64,000 nt of DNA from Nitrospirota bacterium (GCA_963732675.1 CAVTAJ010000007.1:67146-131145), one strand, 5' to 3'. Shown: positions 37,019-46,949, numbered from the stretch's first letter. Made by a program: numbers and translations. Notes: a model not told the origin generated them from the letters alone.

Positions 37019-37028
37019 AGTTATTATC

Positions 37029-37102
37029 TGGTTGGGGGAGGAGGATTCGAACCCCCGTAAACAGGTTCAGAGCCTGTCGTCCTACCACTGGACGATCCCC
37101 CA
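37029..37102 (-). tRNA. tRNA-Gln (anticodon CTG)
   Basis: TGGGGGATCGTCCAGTGGTAGGACGACAGGCTCTGAACCTGTTTACGGGGGTTCGAATCCTCCTCCCCCAACCA. It has anticodon loop CTCTGAA and an encoded CCA. Confidence 0.9.
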
Positions 37103-37346
37103 GTCGGTCACAGCCTGAGCACTATATCCAAAACCCGGGTACCTGTCAAGGGTAAAAACCCGATTATCCGTGTCGGTTAGCGCGGGGCCTACTTTTTTTG
37201 TTAATAAACAGCTGATGACCGGGAATGAACACGAAAACTCAACGGGATTTTTTTAATGGACCCGTCTTCCCGGGAAAGACGAACAATGTCCTGTGACGAG
37301 TGAACCACGTAGGAAGAAAATTACTTTCATTTTGTTCGAGTGAAGA

Positions 37347-38024
37347 TCATTTCTTCTTCAAGAACACCACAAAGGCGCCGCTCCCACCCAGCTCGCGCGG
37401 TGCTGATGAAAACTCCGCAATAAGCCCCTTCCCTTTGTTCCTCAGCCACGCCGACACGGCCCCTTGCAATACCGGCCCCTCGGGAGAGTTGATGCCCTTA
37501 CCCGTGATCACGAGCACCGCCAGCTGCCCTCGGCTGCGTGCATCAGCAACAAACTGTTCAAGCCGCGCAAGTGCCTCATCTTTGAGAAAACCATGAAGAT
37601 CAAGCTCCTGGCTGATGCGAACGGTGCCGCGTTTCAGCTGCCGCATCCTGCTTGTCGGTGACCGTTGCCCGGCCTCTTCCGGTTCTTGCTCTGGCAATGT
37701 CTCGTGGAAGGCCGTCCCGATCTTCTTCATGGCAGCGAGAAAAAGCTGGCTTTCTTCCGGTGCGCGTACCACGGTTTTTTCCGGGATCTGCCCGGCTGTA
37801 ACAGCAGGCGAATCAGGCGCAGGGCCGAATCTCTTCGCGCCCTCGGCTGCGCGAAGAAAGAGCGAGGTATCGTCATCATCGTTGCTGTCGATCTTCTTGC
37901 GCACCTGAGGAGGGGCGGATTTTTTTGAGGGCAAGGGTGTTGAGGGCGCAAAGCCCTTCAGGGACTTAAAAGGAGTGTTTTTGAAATCTGCTTGTGGCTG
38001 TTCAGATGGTTTGCGTTTTTTCAT
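37347..38024 (-). CDS. Smr (MutS2-related small) domain protein
   Basis: The C-terminal LDLHGFLKDEALARLEQFVADARSRGQLAVLVITGKGINSPEGPVLQGAVSAWL is an Smr domain. The N-terminal half is low-complexity and basic. The likely start is MKKRKPSEQ at 38024. Confidence 0.8.
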   Translation of the reverse strand: MKKRKPSEQPQADFKNTPFKSLKGFAPSTPLPSKKSAPPQVRKKIDSNDDDDTSLFLRAAEGAKRFGPAPDSPAVTAGQIPEKTVVRAPEESQLFLAAMKKIGTAFHETLPEQEPEEAGQRSPTSRMRQLKRGTVRISQELDLHGFLKDEALARLEQFVADARSRGQLAVLVITGKGINSPEGPVLQGAVSAWLRNKGKGLIAEFSSAPRELGGSGAFVVFLKKK

Positions 38025-38322
38025 ATATGGAGTTGATGGACCAGACAGATGAGCTGGAAGCACCCGGTTTTTTCGCTGACAGGTTCAGGATTAAGATCGG
38101 CTTGCAAACATGGCTCCTTTCGTCAACACTGTAGAAATCCTGAGTCGTCAAGAACTGACCCGACAAGCCAGAACCAAATCCTTTTAAGAGGATTACCGGA
38201 TACCACCGGATAACATCAGATAAAACGCGTTTCACTTCCAGTGCATTTGGATCATCCAGGCGAAAACCGTTCCTGTTGTGACTTGTTTTTGCCACTTTGA
38301 GAAATAATAAATTGTTCAGTCA

Positions 38323-39555
38323 CTAATGGTCAGGATACCTCTCGCTGATGCTGCGGATCGTCTCAATGCAGGAGAAAAATGTCTCGACGATCTCCGGATC
38401 AAAGTACGTGCCGGAACAGGCCCTCAATTCCTCAAGGACCTGGCCCTCGTCCCACCGCTCTTTGTACGCCCTGCGTGATCCGAGTGCGTCATATACGTCA
38501 GCAAGGGCGACGAGCCTTCCGAACACGGGGATCTCCTCCCCCTTCTTGGGTCGCGCGGTTCCATCGCCGTTCTCGTATCCAGGAAGCGCTTTGCCGTCAT
38601 TTACGCTGACAAACCCCGGATAGCCCGTCCCGTCCCATTTCTCATGGTGATTGAGCGCAACGATCGCGGCCGCTTCATCAAACTCCGAATACGGGTCGGA
38701 AAAAAGCCGCGCGCCCAGAATGGTGTGCTGCTTCATGACCTCACGCTCCGCGTCGTCGAGTCGACCCGGTTTTTTCAGGATCGCGTCGGCGATCGCCACC
38801 TTGCCCACATCATGGAGCATGGCCGCCATGCGGAGAATGTCGCGGTTCTTGTTGATCACGTCATTAGGAACATTATATTTTTCGGCCCACACTTCATAGA
38901 TCGCAACAGCATAGGACGCAACCCGGTTCACATGGGCGCCAGTTTCCTTGGGGTCGCGCAGCTCCGCCATCCGTATGGTCCGGAGGATCATAGCGCGGGT
39001 CATTTGGGCACGTTCGATGGCCACAGCAGCCATGTTGGCGAAATGAAGGATGAGGGGCTCGTCCTTTTTCGAGAACGGAACGACCTTGCCCCTCGAGTCC
39101 TTCGCGTTTATCAGCTGGAGCACGCCGATGGTATCGCCCCGGTTGGTCTTGAGCGGAAACGTCAGCATGGACTGCGTCCGGTATCCCGAGAGGTCGTCGT
39201 AGGAACTGGTGAACGAATAAGGCAGTCCGGACATGAGCTGGTAAGCATCGGGGATGTTGAGGGCTTCGCCAGTGTTCGCAACATAGCCCGAGATCGTCTG
39301 GTTGTTGATGGGGATGGAGAACGTGGCATAGATCAGCTTCTTGCCGGGCGGGAGTTTTTTCTGCTGCGTATCGTTCTGTGTATAGCTGAACTCCAGTTTG
39401 CCGGCATCTTTTATATAGATTGATCCCGCATCGGCGCTCGTAAGCTGCCTGGCCTCGAGAAGGATCCGCTCCAGGAGTACATCAACGTCCTTCACCTCGG
39501 TGAGCTCCACACCCAATCGCATGACCGTATTGAGTTTCTGCTTCTCGCTCGACAT
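38323..39555 (-). CDS. GAF + HD-GYP domain protein (probable c-di-GMP phosphodiesterase)
   Basis: 410 aa, intact. It has an N-terminal GAF domain, then HVNRVASYA...MLHDVGKVAI...HHEKWDGTGYPG (HD and GYP signatures). Confidence 0.85.
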   Translation of the reverse strand: MSSEKQKLNTVMRLGVELTEVKDVDVLLERILLEARQLTSADAGSIYIKDAGKLEFSYTQNDTQQKKLPPGKKLIYATFSIPINNQTISGYVANTGEALNIPDAYQLMSGLPYSFTSSYDDLSGYRTQSMLTFPLKTNRGDTIGVLQLINAKDSRGKVVPFSKKDEPLILHFANMAAVAIERAQMTRAMILRTIRMAELRDPKETGAHVNRVASYAVAIYEVWAEKYNVPNDVINKNRDILRMAAMLHDVGKVAIADAILKKPGRLDDAEREVMKQHTILGARLFSDPYSEFDEAAAIVALNHHEKWDGTGYPGFVSVNDGKALPGYENGDGTARPKKGEEIPVFGRLVALADVYDALGSRRAYKERWDEGQVLEELRACSGTYFDPEIVETFFSCIETIRSISERYPDH

Positions 39556-39727
39556 GAGCTATAGTATCGATATCGCCCATGTTTGTCAATTGGCGAATAG
39601 AGATCTCTCCCCTGATATTTAACAATTGACTCATGCGTACTTTTTTGATATAGTACGCTATTAAAATCTCAAAGGGCTGCATCGCCACATCGGCGGTAAC
39701 AGCCCTTTTATACTGTATGGAGAGGTC

Positions 39728-40102
39728 ATGGATATGGTAGCGGACTCGAAACTTCTGATCATCAAAAAAAAGCTTGTAAAACAGAGGCAGGACCTTCTCA
39801 CCGAGGCGGAACACACACTGACCAGTAAGATCAGCTCGGAGAAGGAAAGTTTTCCCGATCCCACCGACCAGGCTGTGGCTGAGCTTGACAACAACTTCGT
39901 TCTCCGGCTGCGAGGGAGAGAGCAAAAGCTGCTTAAGAAGATCGAGGAGGCCATTGCGCGGATCGACAGCGGTGAATATGGTGTCTGTGAGTCATGCGGT
40001 GAACAGATCAGTCTGAAACGGCTAGAGGCCAGGCCGGTAACCACGCTTTGCATTGAATGCAAGACGCGCCAGGAAGAAGAAGAGAAGCTGCAGGCGGGGT
40101 AA
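39728..40102 (+). CDS. dksA: DksA/TraR-family C4 zinc-finger RNA polymerase-binding protein
   Basis: 124 aa with a coiled-coil N-terminal region containing FPDPTDQA, and CESCGEQISLKRLEARPVTTLCIECK. Confidence 0.85.
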   Translation: MDMVADSKLLIIKKKLVKQRQDLLTEAEHTLTSKISSEKESFPDPTDQAVAELDNNFVLRLRGREQKLLKKIEEAIARIDSGEYGVCESCGEQISLKRLEARPVTTLCIECKTRQEEEEKLQAG

Positions 40103-40382
40103 GGAATCGCGGCACACAACAGCCGCATGAATTTATTTCGCTGGTTATCATTTATATTGAAAAGGGGTTCGCCGCTCATCGGCTAACCCCTTTGTTGTTT
40201 CTAAGACAGGCGTTGCAGGTTCTGATCCACCTCCCTATCAGTCAGTCACATTCGCGTTTTCTGCGACCATCCCATTCAACTGCAAGGACCGTTTTAATAG
40301 CCTGCCGCAATATTCCGCGTCTTTGCACTAATTCTTGTTAATACGTTTCAACCATGTCTGCAGGATTATAAGGGGATTATTG

Positions 40383-41279
40383 CTACTGAGTGATATCCTT
40401 CATGATCTGGACCTTGATGAAATGTCTGATCAGTTCCCGGTCTGTATCCGATATTTCAATGAACTTCAGTCCCATGCCAGGGTCCTTGAACAGCCCCGGC
40501 TTCATCGTGACGCTGCGAAGGACAACAGCTTTGACCTTGACCGCCTTGGAGTTGATGGCCAGATTTACCGGAACGACGGTCTCGACAGGCCTGGGGTGGA
40601 GTGTGCGCACGAAGAGTCCGTTCTCCGACAGTTCCGAGACGAACTCGACACTGTTGGCCGCCTCGGGCAGGGAATGACCGCCCACCCTCACCGGCAGCAG
40701 GGTCCGCAGCCGTATGAACTGCCGCGGGGTGCTCTTGGTCGCCTGCTGGATCGCGCTGAACAGGGCGTTGACCTCTGCCGGTTTTTTGAGAAAAGCGGCG
40801 CATCCCGATGCACGGCAATACGCTTCATGCGTTGGGTCTTTGCTTGACGTATGGATGATGATGGGGATCGCTTTTGTCGCGGGGGTATGCCTGAGATGGA
40901 TCAGCAGTTCCAGGCCGGACATATACTGCAGCGAGAACTCCGTGATCACGAGCTCCGGCATGGCAGCATCGATGATCCTGAGCGCATCCTCGCCCGAGTT
41001 CGCGATATACACCTCGTAGTCAAGCCGATGTAGAATTACGCCGGTCGCGAACAGGTCCCGTATGTAGCTGTCCACGAGAAGGGCATAACTCTTTTTTTTG
41101 TCAGGCAACTGGCTGTCCTGTCCGCCGTCCGCATGATCGGTCACTGGCAACGCCTCACTTTCATTTCCGGGACCGGTGTGTGGCCCGGCAGTGCACACAC
41201 CGGCATCGTCCTCGCACGTTCCGGGATGGTGATGTTCTTTGCAGATGCCGACTATGGATTCCGGAACATGCGGTGGCAC
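40383..41279 (-). CDS. Receiver (REC) + PilZ domain protein
   Basis: ALLVDSYIRDLF...PELVITEFSLQYMSGLELL...PIIIHTS (REC-like), then RQFIRLR and ELSENG (PilZ RxxxR and D/NxSxxG-like motifs). The start is uncertain; the ORF start overlaps the upstream gene by 28 nt. Confidence 0.7.
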   Translation of the reverse strand: MPPHVPESIVGICKEHHHPGTCEDDAGVCTAGPHTGPGNESEALPVTDHADGGQDSQLPDKKKSYALLVDSYIRDLFATGVILHRLDYEVYIANSGEDALRIIDAAMPELVITEFSLQYMSGLELLIHLRHTPATKAIPIIIHTSSKDPTHEAYCRASGCAAFLKKPAEVNALFSAIQQATKSTPRQFIRLRTLLPVRVGGHSLPEAANSVEFVSELSENGLFVRTLHPRPVETVVPVNLAINSKAVKVKAVVLRSVTMKPGLFKDPGMGLKFIEISDTDRELIRHFIKVQIMKDITQ

Positions 41280-41725
41280 TGCACGCAGCCGTCCAGGAGC
41301 TCCTTCGTCAGCTTCAGCATGGCCTGCTGGTCGTTCTTATGAGCAGCCTGGGCAAGGGTGTCCAGTTTGGCATGAAATTTCTTGTCCAGATCTACGAACT
41401 CCTTCACCCGGCCAGAGTTCTTCGGGATCTTCACCGTACCGTGGTGCACACCCTCATGGGTCTTTTCCATGGCGCCGTGCATGGCCTCCAGCGCCTGGTG
41501 AACCCGCGCCCCGTCTCCAAGAGACACGCCTGACACGACCTCACGGAATACGGCGTCGAGCTTCACCATCTCCTCGATGAGCGGATTGTCGCCAGGGCTC
41601 GCAGGTGCTGTTGCGGCATCATGCACGTGGTGTTCCTGGCCACCTACAACCGCTGGCAACACCAGCAAAGAAAGTACTACAACAAGGGAGAAACCTCTTT
41701 TCACTACCCTGGTATTCATACTCAC
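41252..41725 (-). CDS. Cytochrome c'-like (class II, four-helix-bundle) monoheme cytochrome
   Basis: 157 aa with a signal peptide, a helical body and a single C-terminal heme motif CVQCH followed by RMFRNP. Confidence 0.65.
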   Translation of the reverse strand: MSMNTRVVKRGFSLVVVLSLLVLPAVVGGQEHHVHDAATAPASPGDNPLIEEMVKLDAVFREVVSGVSLGDGARVHQALEAMHGAMEKTHEGVHHGTVKIPKNSGRVKEFVDLDKKFHAKLDTLAQAAHKNDQQAMLKLTKELLDGCVQCHRMFRNP

Positions 41726-41810
41726 CTCCGCGTTTTGTTGTTCGTAGCGTCAAAACCGTTCAGCGCCGCGAAATTAATCCGTCCTTGCGCCTGGCCCCAT
41801 GAAGTGCTTC

Positions 41811-42359
41811 TCAACACAGCGGGAAGGCTGCCAGAGACAGATCTACATGCACGGTGTTATTCTTATCCGCTACCCAGATCTGCCCGTCCTGTATGGTACA
41901 TTGAAACTGCATACTGCGCTGGACGAGCTTTGCCAGGGACTGACTCGCGGCTGCTGGCAGGTTTATCATTGTCAGATTTCCGGCCCGCTCGTATTTGCCG
42001 CGGATCTGCTCCCGCCAGACGGAAACGCTCTTGCCGCCGTAGCTGTAGATGAATACCTGTTTTGCTCGGCCGCAGGCCTTGCGGATCCTTTTTTCGTCGG
42101 GTTGGCCTACGTCGATCCAGAGGTCGATCGCGCCGGTCAGGTCCTTTTGCCAGAGATCAGGCTCGTCATCAATACCCATCCCATTGGCAAAGGTCAACGC
42201 TTCATGGGCATGGAGAGCAAACGCCAGCAAGCGCACCATCATACGCTCGTCGGTTTCCGAGGGGTGGCGGGCGATGGTGAGCGCATGATCATGGTAGTAA
42301 TTCCGGTCCATGTCGGCGATCTGCAGTTCCGCTTTAAAAATGGTTGCCTTTAGGGCCAT
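41811..42359 (-). CDS. yaeQ: YaeQ family protein
   Basis: MALKATIFKAELQIADMDRNYYHDHALTIARHPSETDERMMVRLLAFAL closely matches the conserved YaeQ N-terminus. 182 aa. Confidence 0.85.
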   Translation of the reverse strand: MALKATIFKAELQIADMDRNYYHDHALTIARHPSETDERMMVRLLAFALHAHEALTFANGMGIDDEPDLWQKDLTGAIDLWIDVGQPDEKRIRKACGRAKQVFIYSYGGKSVSVWREQIRGKYERAGNLTMINLPAAASQSLAKLVQRSMQFQCTIQDGQIWVADKNNTVHVDLSLAAFPLC

Positions 42360-42396
42360 ACCGTACCTTTCCAGAGGGGAGCCTCAATTCGTCGTT

Positions 42397-42597
42397 TTAC
42401 CCGTCCCGCTTCTCCGCTTTCAGTCGAATTGTATTGCCGTGGGAATGAGTAGATGAATGTATCAGAATCCCTGCTATGATTCCTTTCGTACACGTTCCTG
42501 TCCGCTGGTCCTGCTTCATGACGATGGATACCGGTTCTCCCGTCTCGATCAGCGCGTCTGTTCCATCAACCTTGAGCTCCCGTTTTTCCGTGCACAT
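42397..42597 (-). CDS. ywbE: YwbE (DUF2196) family small protein
   Basis: VSIVMKQDQRTGTCTKGIIAGILIHSSTHSHGNTIRL compared with B. subtilis YwbE VDIVLKQDQRTGKLTRGIVKDILTNSPSHPHGIKVRL. Confidence 0.75.
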   Translation of the reverse strand: MCTEKRELKVDGTDALIETGEPVSIVMKQDQRTGTCTKGIIAGILIHSSTHSHGNTIRLKAEKRDG

Positions 42598-42777
42598 TCC
42601 TCAGGAACTACTGCCGGCCAGATCATGGCGTATTATCGAGCTAAGATGGCAACTCGGGCAACCGCAGCTAGTCTCTGTCATTGTTGAAGAAGCAGCATGC
42701 CGGGGAGTCTATCTCTTTTTAAAACCGCTGTCAATAGCCCGGGATCGAGTTCTGATGGATTTTTTAAAACCTCTCTA

Positions 42778-42812
42778 CCCGCCTCTTCTCCAGCAGGGCG
42801 GGAACTTTTTTT
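42778..42812 (+). terminator. Orphan intrinsic terminator-like hairpin 80 nt upstream of the 42896 gene
   Basis: cccgcc tcttctccagca ggcggg (6 bp GC plus a G-U pair), then aac and a T7 run. There is no plus-strand CDS upstream; the region 42598-42777 is non-coding. Confidence 0.55.
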
Positions 42813-42895
42813 CATACCCGGTTGTCTAATGACCAAACCACGGTCGAGGACATGCTTCCTGTCGTGGTAAATCCGGACTGGAAAGGAGAAATACA

Positions 42896-43706
42896 ATGCG
42901 TACTATACTGAGCAGCACTCTGTGCAGGCATCATGATGGCGGCAGCGCCGGCGTACTCACACGCTGGAGATCGATTGAAGGAAGAGGTCAGCGTCGAGAT
43001 CGTTTCAGATCAGGGAAGGGCATTCCTGACAATCCCGCACCGGGATTTCTGGGCAGGGAGGACCCACATTATCAAGAAGTACCAGGTGGCCGGCAAAAAC
43101 GAGAACTATGGCATTGTTATCAGGAACAATACACCAGAGCGCATCGGTGTAGTTGTCGCCGTGGACGGCAGGAACATCATTACAGGGGAAAGGTCCAACC
43201 TCAGGAGCACCGAGGAAATGTATGTCGTCGGCAGTTTCGAGCAGGCCCGGTTTGACGGCTGGCGGACCGCGCAGGACGCGGTGAACCGTTTTTACTTCAC
43301 CGACAAGATGGATGCCTATGCCCAAAGGACCTTCAATGATTCTTCCGCCCTCGGCGTGATCGCTGTTTCAGTGTACCGGGAACAGCAGAAGCCTGACCGG
43401 TTCCTCGGATTGAATCAGCAGAAAAGCGCGCCCGCCCCCGCAGCCGAGGGCAGGGCGAGGGGCAAGGCGTCGGGAGCAATGCAGGATGAATCTGTTGGAA
43501 CCGGCTTCGGCGACGAGCAGTACTCCCCCGTAACCAGAGTCGCCTTTGAACCCGAAAGCAGTCCGGTCCAAAAAACATTGATCAAATATGAATGGCGCGA
43601 AGTGCTGTGCCGCAAGGGGCTCCTGAACTGCGGTCAGAAGTCGGGGAACCGTTTGTGGGACGAAGGAGAATATGCGCCTTACCCGCCGGGGTACCAGGGG
43701 AAGTAG
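42896..43706 (+). CDS. Secreted hypothetical protein (~270 aa; 1 frameshift near 42925)
   Basis: AAGGAG RBS and MRTILSSTLC, then the frame breaks into GIMMAAAPAYSHA (signal peptide). The mature part is ...NYGIVIRNNTPERIGVVVAVDGRNIITGE.... I recognise no family. Confidence 0.55.
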
Positions 43707-43819
43707 GATGGAAAAAAACGGATGCCGGTCCCATTGAAAACAGTGGCCTGGTTCTCGTGTGGGCCCCATTAACCTCGCAAGAGCCATTGGTCCTGCCTGG
43801 AATGGGGTTAGCGGTGGCC

Positions 43820-44665
43820 TCAGTGCTCAACCGCTCCCAGTTTCATGTCCGTCAGGGTGGTCATGATGGACCCGATGGCGATGGTGCTCTTCATGAGCAC
43901 CGGGATCTTCCGGCTGTCATCGGTGAGCCAGATAAAGATCTCCCCCTTGTTCATAAAGACCCCTTCGTACCTGGGAAAGGTCTTGACCTTGATCGTATCG
44001 AACTCCCCGGCAGGCGTCTTCACCTTCTCCCGCGCCAGGGTCTGGACCTCGACGGACCAGTTCTTGCCGCTGTCGTGGACTTCGATGACGTGGGTCGTGC
44101 CAATCGTGAAGTCTTTCCGCGTCCGGAGGTAGAAGAGCGACGACAAGGCGTCCTGCACCGGGTCCGGGATGGTCAACGTCTGCGGCGGGTCGTTGTTCAG
44201 CCTGCTGATAACTGTCCGGCCAGTATGGTCGAAGGTCAGCGAGCGGCGTCTCTTTCTCTTGCCGTGGCTCTCGTTGAGGTTGAACGAGAGGCTTTGCATG
44301 ATCTGGGGGTCAAAGAGACTCTCGACCCTGTCGTTCACCGGATAGACCGCGTCCACCACACCCACGGAGTGGGACGATGCGATGAACCGGAGAACCTTCC
44401 GCCCGTTTGGCAACTTTTCCCCTTTGACCTCCATGACCGCGGTCCCTGCCGTGACGATATTCGACCAGCTGATCTCGTAGGTCAGTGTTTCGCCCGGCAT
44501 GAATGCCTGGGCGGGCGGAGGGATGGCTGCGCTCGTTCGTTCTTCCGCGCTGAACACGCGGGGAACAAGCATCAAACCAAGGGTCAGGACACACAGCGCT
44601 GTTACCGCCGCACGTCCCCACCTGCGACACGATGGATACACCGTCGCGATCATCACTGGCACCAT
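43820..44665 (-). CDS. DUF3108-like secreted protein
   Basis: 281 aa with a signal/anchor TALCVLTLGLMLVPRVFSAEE. The pattern LTYEISWSNIVTAGTAVMEV...FIWLTDDSRKIPVLMKSTIAIGSI resembles DUF3108. The assignment is from memory of the family pattern. Confidence 0.5.
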   Translation of the reverse strand: MVPVMIATVYPSCRRWGRAAVTALCVLTLGLMLVPRVFSAEERTSAAIPPPAQAFMPGETLTYEISWSNIVTAGTAVMEVKGEKLPNGRKVLRFIASSHSVGVVDAVYPVNDRVESLFDPQIMQSLSFNLNESHGKRKRRRSLTFDHTGRTVISRLNNDPPQTLTIPDPVQDALSSLFYLRTRKDFTIGTTHVIEVHDSGKNWSVEVQTLAREKVKTPAGEFDTIKVKTFPRYEGVFMNKGEIFIWLTDDSRKIPVLMKSTIAIGSIMTTLTDMKLGAVEH

Positions 44666-44666
44666 C

Positions 44667-44898
44667 TCATTTCATATCCTTTTTACTCTTATTCGCCCAC
44701 ACTGCGTACACAGCGTTCACCAGCGACCCGAGAGCGACAAAGAGCGCGAAATATCCCACGACCCCGAACAACCACAGCATATTATCTTTTGAAGGGCCCG
44801 GTGATGGGTCGATCTGGATCAGGAGCATAGCCCAGCGCACCGAAGAGGATGCTGGTTGCGAAGCCTACAAATGGTTTTTTTGAGATCAAACCTGTCAT
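44667..44898 (-). CDS. Hypothetical small two-TM membrane protein (1 frameshift)
   Basis: MTGLISKKPFVGFATSILFGALGY, then the frame breaks into LLIQIDPSPGPSKDNMLWLFGVVGYFALFVALGSLVNAVYAVWANKSKKDMK. Its stop overlaps the start of the DUF3108 ORF. Confidence 0.3.
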
Positions 44899-45034
44899 GC
44901 CCATTCACTTCCATAAAGGAGATTGGAATGTTGATTGTCCGGTCTGAAACAACGTCGCCTGTGGTTCATAATCGTCCTGAGCAGTAACAAGTTGCTTCGT
45001 GTCAAGAACCGTTGAGTGCGGTGCTTATCGCGGG

Positions 45035-45617
45035 TCAGCGTTTCGCGCCCTTTAGTCCAATGGACACCCTTGCGATGCTGTCGGCTATGAAATCTTCCAG
45101 GTCATCAATCAGCTCTGTCGTTGTCTTCAGGTCGGATGTTTTCTTCGATTCGATCTGTTTCTGCAGCAGGGTTGCTGCCTCCGCAAGGGCATGCATTGCG
45201 TCTATGGCGTCATCATCAAAATCATTCTCTTCTGTTCCGCCCAGTTTAAGCCCGGTGATGAAGTAGTTGATCAACGAACAGATCGTCGGCCATGCGTTGC
45301 TGCAGGCCCTGGGTCGTGGCCGGATACTCCATGTCGGGAAAGTAAAAGGGCTCCTCGTCAGGCTTCCATCGGGCAATGAAGTGCCAGAGCGAGATCAGGT
45401 TGTCCTGGACGCCGGCGGCCTCTTCCGCTGATGCAGCGGCGGCATGGTCATCATCGAAGATCGTCGCCAGATACTGCGCTGGCTCGGCAACGTTCGGGGC
45501 AGCCATGCACCCGTAAAAGAGACCGTAGATCTCATGAAGCGTTCTGTCCGCATTGACGTTATTAAGCGCTTCGCGCAATGCGTTATCATCGGAGTAGTTC
45601 GTTGATGTATTCACCAT
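45035..45617 (-). CDS. UPF0149 (YgfB/YecA N-terminal-like) family protein (1 frameshift near 45290)
   Basis: LHEIYGLFYGCMAAPNV and LINYFITGLKLGG resemble the YgfB blocks EMHGLISGMICGG and WVNHFLLGLGV. The C-terminus is acidic. Two frames are involved. Confidence 0.45.
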
Positions 45618-45731
45618 CGGCTTTCGTCCTCTTTCATGCGTCGGTATCAGATCATTGCGGGGTTCCGCAGGGTCAGGCCTCTCCTGGTGCACTGTGTAAA
45701 TATCTATATCCGATTCTATCCTGTTATCCTG

Positions 45732-46926
45732 TCAAAAAGCTTTTCCGGCATGCCCCGTCTTCAGGGGGGTGTCCAGGTTAGCACGAGGCCCTTTCCGCAG
45801 CAGGTCAAAGAGGTGATCGAGCATTTCCCTTCTTTTTTCGATGAGGATCTCTTCATGCTCTGTCTCGGTGCCGATGTCAGATGCCGGTATCTCAAAACAA
45901 CAGTCATGGGTGAGCGATACCAGGAGCTTTTCAGCCTGCAGGTAGAGTTCCCGGTCCTCATCATAGCTGGCGTGTTTTTTACGTTCGATCTCGCCCATCA
46001 CGATCTCGAGCTCCCGGGAGGTCTTCTTGCTGTATTCGTGGATGGCCTCGTACAGCTGGGCCAGCATGTAACCGTCCGACCGCAGGACGTCCGCGGTCCG
46101 TTTCGAGAGGCCGGCAACCTCTTCCTTTACCGCCGCGAGCTGCTCCTTCGTGATCGTGCCCTGGTGGAGGGACTCCCGGAGGCGCTCCTTGAACTGCGTC
46201 TTGATGTCCTCGATCAGGTCGACCTCTTTTTTTCTGCCGATCTGGTCGCGCACGAGGATGACGATCGACTCCTCGGAGAGCTTCTCGATCCTGACGAGAT
46301 TGTCCCTGATGTACGCGATGATGTGCCCCAGCTCTTCAGCCAGCGCGTGCCAATGCTTCTTCATAGCGTTGAGTGCCCGTTTTCGTTCTTCGACCATTCC
46401 CGACAGCCGTTCTTTTCGCGCAGCTTCGTCTTTCTTTTTCGGATTGAGCCTGGCGATCTCTTCTTCAGCCGACTGTGATGAACGCGGACGGTTTTTTGAG
46501 GTCGAGCTCTGACAGGGTATGCACATGAAATTTATACTGCTCCACGGCCAATTTGAGGGCGGGTTTGACGAGGTGGGAGTGGCCGAGCACGCCGTAGAGC
46601 ATTCTGTCGCGGAAGCCCCCCTGCCGGCCGTGTTCGAAGGACTCGACGGCCTTGAGCAGATCGCGGTACGCTGCCAGGTCGTCGCTATGCAGCTTTCCCT
46701 TGTCTTCCTTTTTAGGGTTGTCGAGGAAATTCCTGAGTTCCTCGAGCGATGGCTGGAGTCGTTCGTTCGAACGGAACCGGAGGCCGAATATGGTTTTGTC
46801 TGCTGTCATGGGAATGCCGGCATGCAACACCTGCGCACTATAATACCGATTTGAAGGGACGGGGTCAAGGGGATTACCGGGCATCGGGGGCTGTAAAAAA
46901 AGAACAGGCTGCATTATTTTCTTCAC
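45732..46926 (-). CDS. Hypothetical ~398-aa protein, C-terminal half coiled-coil rich (1 frameshift near 46490)
   Basis: Two overlapping ORFs (46465-46926 and 45732-46526) appear to join. I recognise no domain. The C-terminal part is highly charged and helical. Confidence 0.45.
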
Positions 46927-46949
46927 TCTTGATCATTTTTTTGATATAA

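Noticed and set aside
38002-38295. 97-aa ORF between the HD-GYP and Smr genes as a protein-coding gene.
   Set aside because: It has a GTG start without an RBS, an AT-rich composition unlike neighbouring genes, overlaps the Smr start and shows no recognisable similarity. It is treated as non-coding or a possible RNA instead (see findings).
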